The position numbers and the translations under genes are program-made. From Eledone cirrhosa (Eukaryota), in assembly GCA_964016885.1 (NCBI GenBank), contig OZ024746.1:1488001-1552000 (forward strand): DNA of 64,000 nt, read 5' to 3'. The notes beneath the pieces are model-generated. The model saw only the letters and a list, made by a program, of their open reading frames with translations. It searched no databases and was not told the origin of the DNA. This document shows, piece after piece, positions 37,600-50,466 of this stretch; within the stretch, counting starts at the first letter, position 1; each line of letters starts with the position of its first letter.

Positions 37600-38234
37600 A
37601 TGTAACCTTTCTTTTTCTTAGCATCTTCATTCCTCCTCCTTATATTCCTGCTGCTTTTTCTATTTTAATTTGAAATTAAGAAATAGTTTATCATTTCTGT
37701 TTCCTACTAGTTTGTCCTGTCCTTCTGTGTCCATTAGATATGTTATTCTGTCAAACCCTTATTTTAGAAAGATGGCAGCTGTTCAATACATATGGCTTTT
37801 ATGTAGATGGGTTAATTGAATAGGTTTTATTTAACTGAAAAATAGTACCCACCCTTTTCAGAAATAGTAGCCATCCTTTCCATGACTAATATATATATTG
37901 GTTGTTATCTACTACACCTTTGATGACACATTGTATGGTACTAATAAATCTATTAATTTTGAAACTAATTAATGTTTGTCAGTTAACTTACTAATCGAAC
38001 CAATGACTTTAAATAACTGAAACGAATTATAATATTTAATGGTAACAGACATATTTGTTTTTTAAAACAAAGAAAGGGAAATTTATTGTTGATAAACAGA
38101 GAAAAAAATGGAAATAAAACTACATGAAATGTCTTTAGGTGTGCCTGGTATTTTGTATTTGTTTTAGATTTAATGTAAACAGGAAAACATCAATGAGAAG
38201 TGAAAGACAAATAGGAAGAAGTAACAGTAGCGCT

Positions 38235-38425
38235 AGTGTTAACTAGTAGTTATAATAGAACAGTAGTTATAGAGTGTTAACTGGTAGTTATAATAGAACA
38301 GTAGTTATAGAATGTTAACTAGTAGTTATAATAGAACTGTAGTTATAGTGTTAACTAGTAGTTATAATAGAAAGGTAGTTATAGTGTTAACTGGTAGTTA
38401 TAATAGAACAGTAGCTATAGAATGT
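38235..38425. repeat. ~37-39-bp tandem repeat (gtgttaactagtagttataatagaacagtagttata), ~5 units
   Basis: Directly visible. Confidence 0.9.
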
Positions 38426-38608
38426 TCTTATACATCTTTTGATCTATAGGAAGGTTTAACAATATTGCGTTAGCTTTTATAAAGTTGTTTTACAGTACAA
38501 AAAAAAACTGATACTATTTGAAATTAATCTACCCTCCACTTAACAGTCCGTACTAACAAAGCTAAACACTTCAGAAGCAATGTTATACAGTATATTGCTG
38601 TGTTTCAG

Positions 38609-38691
38609 ATGATGTTTCTGATGAGCTGGAAAAGATCATACTGACTATAGTTATTTCACATTTAAAATCCAAGGCCAATGCTACCATTTAA
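38609..38691 (+). CDS. Candidate exon 4 ([N]DVSDELEKIILTIVISHLKSKANATI*)
   Basis: tgtgtttcag| acceptor, phase 1 matching exon 3; 3' boundary uncertain. Confidence 0.35.
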
Positions 38692-38834
38692 TCGGCAGTT
38701 TACTCCCCCAGCCTAATAAGGAAGTTTTGATTTTTTTTTGTCTCTCTCTCTCACACACATTAGTCTCACCTCGTACCAGACAACACATCTAATACAGTCG
38801 TTTTCTCTTTTATCCATCTTTTCTTAACTACTCT

Positions 38835-38863
38835 CCCAGGCGAAGCCGGGTACCTCAGCTAGT
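38835..38863 (+). mobile_element. Helitron 3' terminus
   Basis: Hairpin cccaggcgaagccggg followed by CTAG|T. Confidence 0.55.
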
Positions 38864-39024
38864 AAACTATAAAATGAATGTTGGCAAATCTTGCAGAAGT
38901 GATGGCAATTTACAGTTGTTAAGTGTGGTTCAGTAGAAATATATTTGGCATCGTCTACCATTGTCTACCATTCTTTAATGTGAGATATTTCTAGATGTGG
39001 AAGTTATTTCGGAAATACTAACTC

Positions 39025-40597
39025 ACTACCATACTACTGTACTACTATACTACTGTACTACTATACTACCATACTACTATACTACCATACTACTGTACTA
39101 CCATACTACTGTACTACCATACTACTGTACTACCATACTACTGTACTACCATACTACTGTACTGCCATACTACTGTACTACTATACTATTGTACTACTAT
39201 ACTACTGTACTACCATGCTACTGTACTACTATACTACCATACTACTGTACTACCATACTACTGTACTACCATACTACTGTACTACCATACTACTCTACTA
39301 CCATACTACTCTACTACCATACTACTGTACTACCATACTACTGTACTACCATACTACTGTACTACCATGTACTGCCATACTACTGTACTACCATACTACT
39401 GTACTACCATACTACTGTACTACTCTACTACCGTACTAACATACTACTGTACTACCATACTACCATACTACTGTACTACCGTACTACCATACTACTGTAC
39501 TACCACACTACTGTACTGCCATACTACTGTACTGCCATACTACTGTACTACTATACTACTGTACTACTATACTACTGTACTGCCATACTACCATACTATT
39601 GTACTACTATTCTACCATACTACTGTACTACCATACTACTGTACTACCATACTACTGTACTACCATACTACTGTACTACCATACTACTGTACTACCATAC
39701 TACTGTACTAACATACTACTGTACTAACATACTACTGTACTAAAATACTACTGTATTACTATACTGTACTGCCATACTACTGTACTACCATACTACTGTC
39801 CTACTATACAACTGTACTACCATACTACTGTACTACTATTCTACCATACTACTGTACTACCATACTACTGTACTACCATACTACTATACTACCATACTAC
39901 TATACTACCACCACACCACCACCACACCACTACCACACCAACACACCACTACCACACCAACACACTTCCACACCACCACACTTCCCACCACCACACTACC
40001 ACACCAACACACTTCCACACCACCACACTACCACACCACCACACCACACCAACACACTTCCACCACACCACCACACCACCACCACCACACTACCACACCA
40101 CCACACCACCACACCACCACACCACCAGACCACCAGACCACCACACCACCACACCAGCACACCACCACACGACCACACCTCCACACCACCATACCACCAC
40201 ACCACCACACCACCACACCACCACACTACCACACCACCACACCACCACACTACCACATTATCACACCACACTACCACACCAGCACTACCACACCACCACA
40301 CCACCACACTACCATACCACCACACTACCATACCACCACACCACCACACTTCCACAGTACCACACCACCACACCACCACACCACCACACTACCACACCAC
40401 GACACCACCACACTACCACACCACGACACCACCACACTACCACACCACGACACCACAACACTACCACACCATCACACTACCACATTACCACACCACCATC
40501 ACACTACCACACTACCACACCACCACACCACCACACCACCACACTACCACACTACCACACTACCACACTACCACACAACCACCACCACACCACACTA
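39025..40597. repeat. 16-bp minisatellite (ctgtactaccatacta)n grading into (cac/cacca)n
   Basis: Directly visible; transition near 39909. Confidence 0.95.
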
Positions 40598-40756
40598 CTT
40601 TACATATATGTATTAAAAAGAAGAGAGAGACAGGTTTGAAATGAGATAATTTTTAGCTTTGTTACAAAAAGATATTTATAATAAATGTCTTGTAATTATT
40701 AAGTTAAAAAATGATAAAAATAAAGTAAAAAATTAGTAAGAATTATCTCTTGTCCA

Positions 40757-41027
40757 GTTTTCTGTAGTAAGTCTTGTGGATTTGGTAGAGTTTTCTGTAG
40801 TAAGTCTTGTGGATTTGGTAGAGTTTTCTGTAGTAAGTCTTGTGGATTTGGTAGAGTTTTCTGTAGTAAGTCTCGTGGATTTGGTAGAGTTTTCTGTAGT
40901 AAGTCTCGTGGATTTGGTAGAGTTTTCTGTAGTAAGTCTCGTGGATTTGGTAGAGTTTTCTGTAGTAAGTCTCGTGGATTTGGTAGAGTTTTCTGTAGTA
41001 AGTCTTGTGAATTTGGTAGAGTTTTCT
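40757..41027. repeat. 33-bp minisatellite, ~8 copies
   Basis: Unit agttttctgtagtaagtct(t/c)gtggatttggtag. Confidence 0.95.
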
Positions 41028-41509
41028 AGAAACTGTAAGTAGCTGACACACTTGTGTACAATAATATAGAATTGTAATAGGATTTTGATGATTGTAATTC
41101 AGTTTCCCATCTCATTTGAAACTTGTTTTCTCTTTTTCTGTCACTGTCTCTCATACTGCTCTATTTTTCTCTCCTCTCTCTCAGCTTCCTTAATTAAATT
41201 CTGTCCTGAAATGTTATAAATCTAGTGTAAAACCTATTATGATTTATTCATAAAAACACAATACTTTAGAAACCACCCTCCCCCACCACTCTACATTTGC
41301 TACACATTACAATAGTTTACAACACCCCACCCCATTCTCATTACAACACCCCTCTCCCACCGTCCACCCCACTCATTACAATAGTCCACTCCCATCAACC
41401 AGTCCACATTTGTTACTTGTTACAAAGACCTATTTTTATAATTTGTAATAATTTTATTTCCTCTGACTCTGACGCATCAGTAAACCTTTTGTTAAGTAAT
41501 GAATTTATT

Positions 41510-41812
41510 TACACACACTTGTATATATATATATATATATATATACAAGTGTATATATATATACACTTGTATATATATATATACACTTGTATATATATAT
41601 ATATATACACTTGTATATATATATATACACTTGTATATATATATATACACTTGTATATATATATATATACACTTGTATATATATATATACACTTGTATAT
41701 ATATATATACACTTGTATATATATATACAAGTGTATATATATATATACACTTTTATAAATATATATATATATATATACAAGTGTATATATACACACTTGT
41801 ATATATACACAC
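41510..41812. repeat. AT-rich minisatellite acacttgt(at)n with some inverted units
   Basis: Both acacttgt and acaagtgt orientations are present. Confidence 0.9.
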
Positions 41813-41814
41813 AC

Positions 41815-42030
41815 ATCATCATCACCATTTAACGTCCATTGTTCCACACTAGCATGGGTTAGACAAGTTGTCCCATTGTGAGACAAGTTGTCCCATTGTG
41901 AGACAAGCCAGGTCAGGTGACCATATCTTAATCGTACATAACTGGTTCTGACTTGCCCTTCCTAATGCCAACCACATTTACAATGTGTAGTGGGTGCTTT
42001 TTATTGTCACCAACATGACCACTTTACAGT
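41815..42030 (-). mobile_element. SINE-B with a 20-bp internal duplication
   Basis: agacaagttgtcccattgtg occurs twice. Confidence 0.75.
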
Positions 42031-42539
42031 GGGAGAGGTACGTGGGGATTGGGTAAGTAGATCTAGGGGTGGGGTGTTAGGATGTGGGATGGAGAGGAAG
42101 GTGATACATACTTTAAAACCTCCATGCTTCCTGAGATTCGCCAACACTACACCTGATATCCCCTCCCCCTCCATACACACGCACATATGTATTTCATGAC
42201 TCGTACACTGTTCATTTTCCTGACATTTGTACATTATTCTATGTACTATACATGCACCTTTGATGAGTTGTAGTGCACCTGAACACTGTACACAATAATT
42301 TCATTATTCATTTATATTCATATATGAGGAAATTCAGTAGATTTGTGGATTACTGAGGAAGGTAGCAATATTAGCACTCTATGGCAGAGTATATTAAGAA
42401 GGAAAGGTGTCGCATTGAGGTTTTGGTTTTACTTGATTAACAAGTCTGATAAGTTAAAGCTGGAGTCCTATATCACTAATATAGATCCTGAGTCACCTGT
42501 GAAATGATCAAAACTGAGCCAAATCAATAAAACCTTTAA

Positions 42540-42760
42540 CCCTTTAGTATTTAAACCGGCCATATCCGGCCAGAATTCTCTCACCTGTTTCTGTTCAAAC
42601 TGGCTGTAACCAGCCACTCATACTGATGTTAAGGTATTGTTCTCAAAATAAATAATATCAAAATCTCATAGATTCGATATTATGTGAGATAATTATGTAA
42701 GGTAAAACCTTTACTGTGAAAATACAATAGTATATATAGAGTAATGTAAATGTTAAAGGG
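42540..42760. mobile_element. Second TTAA MITE family (piggyBac-type)
   Basis: TTAA|ccctttagtattta ... taaatgttaaaggg|TTAA. Confidence 0.85.
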
Positions 42761-42939
42761 TTAATATGAAACCTTGTTTTGTGTTTTATATATATATGTG
42801 TGTGTGTGTAGTTAGAAAATGCTTCTTTCCAACTGTAAACTTTAACCTACGGTCTCTCTCTCTCTCTCATCATCATCACTGTTATATAATCTTATATGGA
42901 TTCACTATCACTGGATATATAAGTACAAGGTATTATTAC

Positions 42940-43120
42940 GGGCAGTGGATTGGCAGAATCGGTAGAGCATCAGACACCATGGTTTGTGGCATGTAGTTAC
43001 GTCCTTTTATGTTTTGAGTTAAAATCCTGTTCTGGGGTTAAGATCAATCAACAATAATACACTGTGACTGATTTAATCAATTCGCCACCATAGTTGACCT
43101 TGTGTCTAACTCAGAAGCCA
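42940..43120 (+). mobile_element. Diverged SINE-A
   Basis: gtggattggcagaatcggtagagc head. Confidence 0.65.
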
Positions 43121-43379
43121 TTAGTAGCATGTATTTGACTCTGATGTTCTTTTCTCTAATGGATATGTTAACCATTATCTAATATAATGGCTCTCACATT
43201 ATCAAAGTTGAAAGTGTGTTTGTGTGAACGTCAGTCATGTATTGTAAATAATTTAGTCCTTTTCAAATAAATAGTAATTCTATTTAATGTAAAAAGTGAC
43301 TCAATCCTTTAACCCAGACCTACACAATATATTACGTACTAAATACACCTCCTTTTCGGGGATTGGGATATCTTTGAAA

Positions 43380-43920
43380 AATCAGTGGAACCTCACTTCA
43401 CAAACTTCATTCCTGAAGGCCGTTCGTCATCCAAAATGTTTGTAGACCAAAACTATTTTTTTCAGAGAGAGACTGGGTGTGAAAGACAGATAAATATCAC
43501 CATAGTAACTAATTACACAACAAGTGATGCTTTCCCACCAATACTCCCAGCTTGTCACCAAATGTTGCCAGCTTGTGTGTTCATTACTTGAGACACCATT
43601 CAATAACCAAGATGTTTTATGTTCAGAAAAATTGTTTGTGAACTGAAATTCTACTTTTCTGAATTGAGAAATCACAGCTCTGATCTACTGACATGTGGTT
43701 AGAATATCTCAGGAAAGAATTGCTGGGCAGGAGACTCAGGGGTAGACTGTGAGCAAGATGGTCAGATAACATCCATAAGCTTGGCTGGTTTCACTTGGGG
43801 ATCCAGCCGGATAAGTTGGAAATGGTTGCTTCTGACAGGATCTGGTGGAAGAAGTGTTTGAGGAGTCTGCCCCCCCCCTCCCCGACCTTTCCAGGAATAA
43901 GTGGGGGAAGAAGAGTAGAA
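43380..43920 (+). mobile_element. RTE (Expander/Rex3-like) LINE 3' relic
   Basis: GRRLRGRL*ARWSDNIHKLGWFHLGIQPDKLEMVASDRIWWKKCLRSLPP resembles RTE C-termini. Confidence 0.7.
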
Positions 43921-43944
43921 AGTCATAGAAAATCATTAAAAATA

Positions 43945-46900
43945 TGGTAACGAGAGGGTTAAACCTGCAGCTCTGGTAACGAGAGGGTTAAACCTGCAGC
44001 TCTGGTAACGAGAGGGTTAAACCTGCAGCTCTGGTAACGAGAGGGTTAAACCTGCAGCTCTGGTAACAAGAGGGTTAAACCTGCAGCTCTGGTAACAAGA
44101 GGGTTAAACCTGCAGCTCTGGTAACAAGAGGGTTAAATCTGCAGCTCTGGTAACGGGAGGGTTAAACCTGCAGCTCTGGTAACGAGAGGGTTAAACCTGC
44201 AGCTCTGGTAACGAGAGGGTTAAACCTGCAGCTCTGGTAACGAGAGGGTTAAACCTGCAGCTCTGGTAACGAGAGGGTTAAACCTGCAGCTCTGGTAACA
44301 AGAGGGTTAAATCTGCAGCTCTGGTAACAAGAGGGTTAAACCTGCAGCTCTGGTAACGAGAGGGTTAAATCTGCAGCTCTGGTAACAAGAGGGTTAAACC
44401 TGCAGCTCTGGTAACAAGAGGGTTAAACCTGCAGCTCTGGTAACGAGAGGGTTAAACCTGCAGCTCTGGTAACAAGAGGGTTAAACCAGTGACTCTGGTA
44501 ACGAGAGGGTTAAACCTGCAGCTCTGGTAACAAGAGGGTTAAACCAGTGACTCTGGTAACAAGAGGGTTAAACCAGTGACTCTGGTAACAAGAGGGTTAA
44601 ACCTGCAGCTCTGGTAACAAGAGGGTTAAACCAGTGACTCTGGTAACAAGAGGGTTAAACCTGCAGCTCTGGTAACGAGAGGGTTAAACCAGTGACTCTG
44701 GTAACAAGAGGGTTAAACCTGCAGCTCTGGTAACGAGAGGGTTAAACCTGCAGCTCTGGTAACGAGAGGGTTAAACCAGTGACTCTGGTAACGAGAGGGT
44801 TAAACCTGCAGCTCTGGTAACGAGAGGGTTAAACCTGCAGCTCTGGTAACGAGAGGGTTAAACCAGTGACTCTGGTAACAAGAGGGTTAAACCTGCAGCT
44901 CTGGTAACGAGAGGGTTAAACCTGCAGCTCTGGTAACAAGAGGGTTAAACCAGTGACCCTGGTAACAAGAGGGTTAAACCTGCAGCTCTGGTAATGAGAG
45001 GGTTAAACCTGCAGCTCTGGTAACGAGAGGGTTAAACCTGCAGCTCTGGTAACGAGAGGGTTAAACCTGCAGCTCTGGTAACAAGAGGGTTAAACCAGTG
45101 ACTCTGGTAACGAGAGGGTTAAACCTGCAGCTCTGGTAACGAGAGGGTTAAACCTGCAGCTCTGGTAACAAGAGGGTTAAACCAGTGACTCTGGTAACGA
45201 GAGGGTTAAACCTGCAGCTCTGGTAACAAGAGGGTTAAACCAGTGACTCTGGTAACGAGAGGGTTAAACCTGCAGCTCTGGTAACGAGAGGGTTAAACCT
45301 GCAGCTCTGGTAACGAGAGGGTTAAACCTGCAGCTCTGGTAACGAGAGGGTTAAACCTGCAGCTCTGGTAACAAGAGGGTTAAACCTGCAGCTCTGGTAA
45401 CAAGAGGGTTAAACCTGCAGCTCTGGTAACGAGAGGGTTAAACCTGCAGCTCTGGTAACGAGAGGGTTAAACCTGCAGCTCTGGTAACGAGAGGGTTAAA
45501 CCTGCAGCTCTGGTAACGAGAGGGTTAAACCTGCAGCTCTGGTAACGAGAGGGTTAAACCTGCAGCTCTGGTAACGAGAGGGTTAAACCTGCAGCTCTGG
45601 TAACGAGAGGGTTAAACCTGCAGCTCTGGTAACGAGAGGGTTAAACCTGCAGCTCTGGTAACGAGAGGGTTAAACCTGCAGCTCTGGTAACGAGAGGGTT
45701 AAACCTGCAGCTCTGGTAACAAGAGGGTTAAACCAGTGACTCTGGTAACAAGAGGGTTAAACCTGCAGCTCTGGTAACAAGAGGGTTAAACCTGCAGCTC
45801 TGGTAACAAGAGGGTTAAACCTGCAGCTCTGGTAACAAGAGGGTTAAACCAGTGACTCTGGTAACAAGAGGGTTAAACCTGCAGCTCTGGTAACAAGAGG
45901 GTTAAACCAGTGACTCTGGTAACAAGAGGGTTAAACCTGCAGCTCTGGTAACAAGAGGGTTAAACCAGTGACTCTGGTAACAAGAGGGTTAAACCTGCAG
46001 CTCTGGTAACAAGAGGGTTAAACCTGCAGCTCTGGTAACAAGAGGGTTAAACCAGTGACTCTGGTAACAAGAGGGTTAAACCTGCAGCTCTGGTAACAAG
46101 AGGGTTAAACCAGTGACTCTGGTAACAAGAGGGTTAAACCTGCAGCTCTGGTAACGAGAGGGTTAAACCTGCAGCTCTGGTAACGAGAGGGTTAAACCTG
46201 CAGCTCTGGTAACGAGAGGGTTAAACCTGCAGCTCTGGTAACGAGAGGGTTAAACCTGCAGCTCTGGTAACAAGAGGGTTAAACCTGCAGCTCTGGTAAC
46301 AAGAGGGTTAAACCTGCAGCTCTGGTAACAAGAGGGTTAAATCTGCAGCTCTGGTAACAAGAGGGTTAAACCTGCAGCTCTGGTAACGGGAGGGTTAAAC
46401 CTGCAGCTCTGGTAACGAGAGGGTTAAACCTGCGGCTCTGGTAACGAGAGGGTTAAACCTGCGGCTCTGGTAACGAGAGGGTTAAACCTGCAGCTCTGGT
46501 AACGAGAGGGTTAAACCTGCAGCTCTGGTAACAAGAGGGTTAAACCTGCAGCTCTGGTAACAAGAGGGTTAAACCTGCAGCTCTGGTAACAAGAGGGTTA
46601 AACCTGCAGCTCTGGTAACGAGAGGGTTAAACCAGTGACTCTGGTAACGAGAGGGTTAAACCTGCAGCTCTGGTAACGAGAGGGTTAAACCTGCAGCTCT
46701 GGTAACAAGAGGGTTAAACCAGTGACTCTGGTAACAAGAGGGTTAAACCAGTGACTCTGGTAACAAGAGGGTTAAACCTGCAGCTCTGGTAACAAGAGGG
46801 TTAAACCTGCAGCTCTGGTAACGAGAGGGTTAAACCTGCAGCTCTGGTAACGAGAGGGTTAAACCAGTGACTCTGGTAACAAGAGGGTTAAACCTGCAGC

Positions 46901-49022
46901 TCTGGTAACGAGAGGGTTAAACCAGTGACTCTGGTAACGAGAGGGTTAAACCTGCAGCTCTGGTAACGAGAGGGTTAAACCAGTGACTCTGGTAACAAGA
47001 GGGTTAAACCTGCAGCTCTGGTAACGAGAGGGTTAAACCTGCAGCTCTGGTAACAAGAGGGTTAAACCAGTGACCCTGGTAACAAGAGGGTTAAACCTGC
47101 AGCTCTGGTAATGAGAGGGTTAAACCTGCAGCTCTGGTAACGAGAGGGTTAAACCTGCAGCTCTGGTAACGAGAGGGTTAAACCTGCAGCTCTGGTAACA
47201 AGAGGGTTAAACCAGTGACTCTGGTAACGAGAGGGTTAAACCTGCAGCTCTGGTAACGAGAGGGTTAAACCTGCAGCTCTGGTAACAAGAGGGTTAAACC
47301 AGTGACTCTGGTAACGAGAGGGTTAAACCTGCAGCTCTGGTAACAAGAGGGTTAAACCAGTGACTCTGGTAACGAGAGGGTTAAACCTGCAGCTCTGGTA
47401 ACGAGAGGGTTAAACCTGCAGCTCTGGTAACGAGAGGGTTAAACCTGCAGCTCTGGTAACGAGAGGGTTAAACCTGCAGCTCTGGTAACGAGAGGGTTAA
47501 ACCTGCAGCTCTGGTAACGAGAGGGTTAAACCTGCAGCTCTGGTAACAAGAGGGTTAAACCTGCAGCTCTGGTAACGAGAGGGTTAAACCTGCAGCTCTG
47601 GTAACGAGAGGGTTAAACCTGCAGCTCTGGTAACAAGAGGGTTAAACCTGCAGCTCTGGTAACGAGAGGGTTAAACCTGCAGCTCTGGTAACAAGAGGGT
47701 TAAACCTGCAGCTCTGGTAACGAGAGGGTTAAACCTGCAGCTCTGGTAACGAGAGGGTTAAACCTGCAGCTCTGGTAACGAGAGGGTTAAACCTGCAGCT
47801 CTGGTAACGAGAGGGTTAAACCTGCAGCTCTGGTAACGAGAGGGTTAAACCTGCAGCTCTGGTAACGAGAGGGTTAAACCTGCAGCTCTGGTAACAAGAG
47901 GGTTAAACCAGTGACTCTGGTAACAAGAGGGTTAAACCTGCAGCTCTGGTAACAAGAGGGTTAAACCTGCAGCTCTGGTAACAAGAGGGTTAAACCTGCA
48001 GCTCTGGTAACAAGAGGGTTAAACCAGTGACTCTGGTAACAAGAGGGTTAAACCTGCAGCTCTGGTAACAAGAGGGTTAAACCTGCAGCTCTGGTAACAA
48101 GAGGGTTAAACCAGTGACTCTGGTAACAAGAGGGTTAAACCTGCAGCTCTGGTAACAAGAGGGTTAAACCTGCAGCTCTGGTAACAAGAGGGTTAAACCA
48201 GTGACTCTGGTAACAAGAGGGTTAAACCTGCAGCTCTGGTAACAAGAGGGTTAAACCAGTGACTCTGGTAACAAGAGGGTTAAACCTGCAGCTCTGGTAA
48301 CAAGAGGGTTAAACCTGCAGCTCTGGTAACGAGAGGGTTAAACCTGCAGCTCTGGTAACGAGAGGGTTAAACCAGTGACTCTGGTAACAAGAGGGTTAAA
48401 CCTGCAGCTCTGGTAACAAGAGGGTTAAACCAGTGACTCTGGTAACAAGAGGGTTAAACCTGCAGCTCTGGTAACAAGAGGGTTAAACCTGCAGCTCTGG
48501 TAACAAGAGGGTTAAACCAGTGACTCTGGTAACAAGAGGGTTAAACCTGCAGCTCTGGTAACAAGAGGGTTAAACCAGTGACTCTGGTAACAAGAGGGTT
48601 AAACCTGCAGCTCTGGTAACAAGAGGGTTAAACCAGTGACTCTGGTAACAAGAGGGTTAAACCTGCAGCTCTGGTAACAAGAGGGTTAAACCTGCAGCTC
48701 TGGTAACAAGAGGGTTAAACCAGTGACTCTGGTAACAAGAGGGTTAAACCTGCAGCTCTGGTAACAAGAGGGTTAAACCTGCAGCTCTGGTAACAAGAGG
48801 GTTAAACCTGCAGCTCTGGTAACAAGAGGGTTAAACCTGCAGCTCTGGTAACGAGAGGGTTAAACCTGCAGCTCTGGTAACGAGAGGGTTAAACCTGCAG
48901 CTCTGGTAACGAGAGGGTTAAACCTGCAGCTCTGGTAACGAGAGGGTTAAACCTGCAGCTCTGGTAACGAGAGGGTTAAACCTGCAGCTCTGGTAACGAG
49001 AGGGTTAAACCAGTGACTCTGG
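43945..49022. repeat. 29-bp satellite, ~175 copies
   Basis: Unit ctctggtaac(g/a)agagggttaaac(ctgcag/cagtga). Confidence 0.99.
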
Positions 49023-49488
49023 CATTAGAAAAGCAAATCCCTACCGATCCTCTGCACTGAAAACTGCTGAATCATTGCCACCATCATCATCCACTTTGTC
49101 ATCACCATCACCATCATCATCATCATCACTGCTATCTGAAGTAATTTAAAACCAGAATCAATATATTTGATCTCTTACTTTTAAACTCTCACCATATATA
49201 CACTGATCTGTTATTGAAACCTGCATAAACACATACACATACACAATTAACATATACACACATATATATACACACCACACATGGTTCAATATAATTTATT
49301 GAAATATCAAACTTCTAAAAGAAAAAAATCTGAGTTTAGTTCTGTTGTTGCCATGGTAACAGCTTCACTCTGTTGTCTGTATTATTTAGGAATGTTCCAA
49401 TGTATTCTTCAGATGTCCACAAATGAGACATTCTGCTGTTCCAGAGGAATTATTCCAATTCTATTTTATTAGAACATATTATTATTAG

Positions 49489-49720
49489 GGAGGTGGATTG
49501 GCAGAATCAGTAGTGTCAGACATCATACTTTATAGCATAGAGTTACGGCCCTTTACGTTCTGAGTTCAAATCCCACTGAGGTTAGCTCTACCTTTCATCC
49601 TTACGAGGTCAATAAAAAAAAAGTACCAGTCATGAATTGGGGTCGATTTAATCAACTCCTCCCCACAAAAAAAATTGCTGGCCTTGTACCTAAATAAGAA
49701 ACCATTATTATTATTATTAT
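49489..49720 (+). mobile_element. SINE-A, full length
   Basis: Head, B-box, core and (att)n tail. Confidence 0.85.
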
Positions 49721-49984
49721 TTTTCTCATTATTGTTTTCTATTTCTTCTCGCTAACATTATTGAAGCTTGATAGTTTTTTTAATTTCCTTTTGGCTTTTC
49801 TTTAAATCTTAATATTTCTCTTGTAAAAGCAGTTTTTTTGTTGTTTTTTTTTGTGTGTACATTTTTCTTTTATATATATATTTTTTTATTGTTTGCCTCT
49901 GCCAGAATATATTGGTACTGCAGGTGAGAGGTGCCAAACAACTCAACTCTTTATAAGAATAACTTTTTTCTTGCATAATTAAGG

Positions 49985-50425
49985 TTGCAACTCCTGCTAG
50001 GAGTCGTAGGGGCATCATATCCGCACACAGTGTTTCTAGGGCATTTTAAACCTGATGGAGCCCTTCCCCAGGTCTAGTAGGGGCATCATATCCACACACA
50101 GTGTTTCTGGGGCATTTTAAACCTGACGGAGTCCTTCCCCAGGTCTAGTAGGAGCATCACATCCACACACAGTGTTTCTGGGGCATTTTAACCTGACGGA
50201 GCCCTTCCCCAGGTCTAAATACAAGAGATTTCTTCCAGAAAAGGATAGAGAGAGAGAATTGAAATGAGGAAGTAACAGAGAAGAAGAATCAGCCCCAGTA
50301 TTTAACTGGTACTTTCTTATCAACCTAGAATGGATGAAAAGCAATGTTGACCTTAGTGTTATTTGAACTGAATGAGCAGAGTTGTAATGAATACCACAAA
50401 TCATTCTGTCTGATGTTCTAACTTT
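49985..50425 (-). mobile_element. Extended-tail SINE with a 71-bp unit in three copies (50006-50217)
   Basis: gtag(g)ggcatc recurs at 50006, 50077 and 50148; SINE core at 50290-50425. Confidence 0.75.
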
Positions 50426-50466
50426 GCAAATGTGTCGCCCTATATCCTCTCATTACTAAACAATAC

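Noticed and set aside
38617-38640. CTGATGA hammerhead core
   Set aside because: It lacks supporting stems and falls within candidate exon 4.
43945-49022. Telomeric repeat (AGGGTTA in each unit)
   Set aside because: There is no tandem TTAGGG; the motif is explained by the MITE end plus TTAA.
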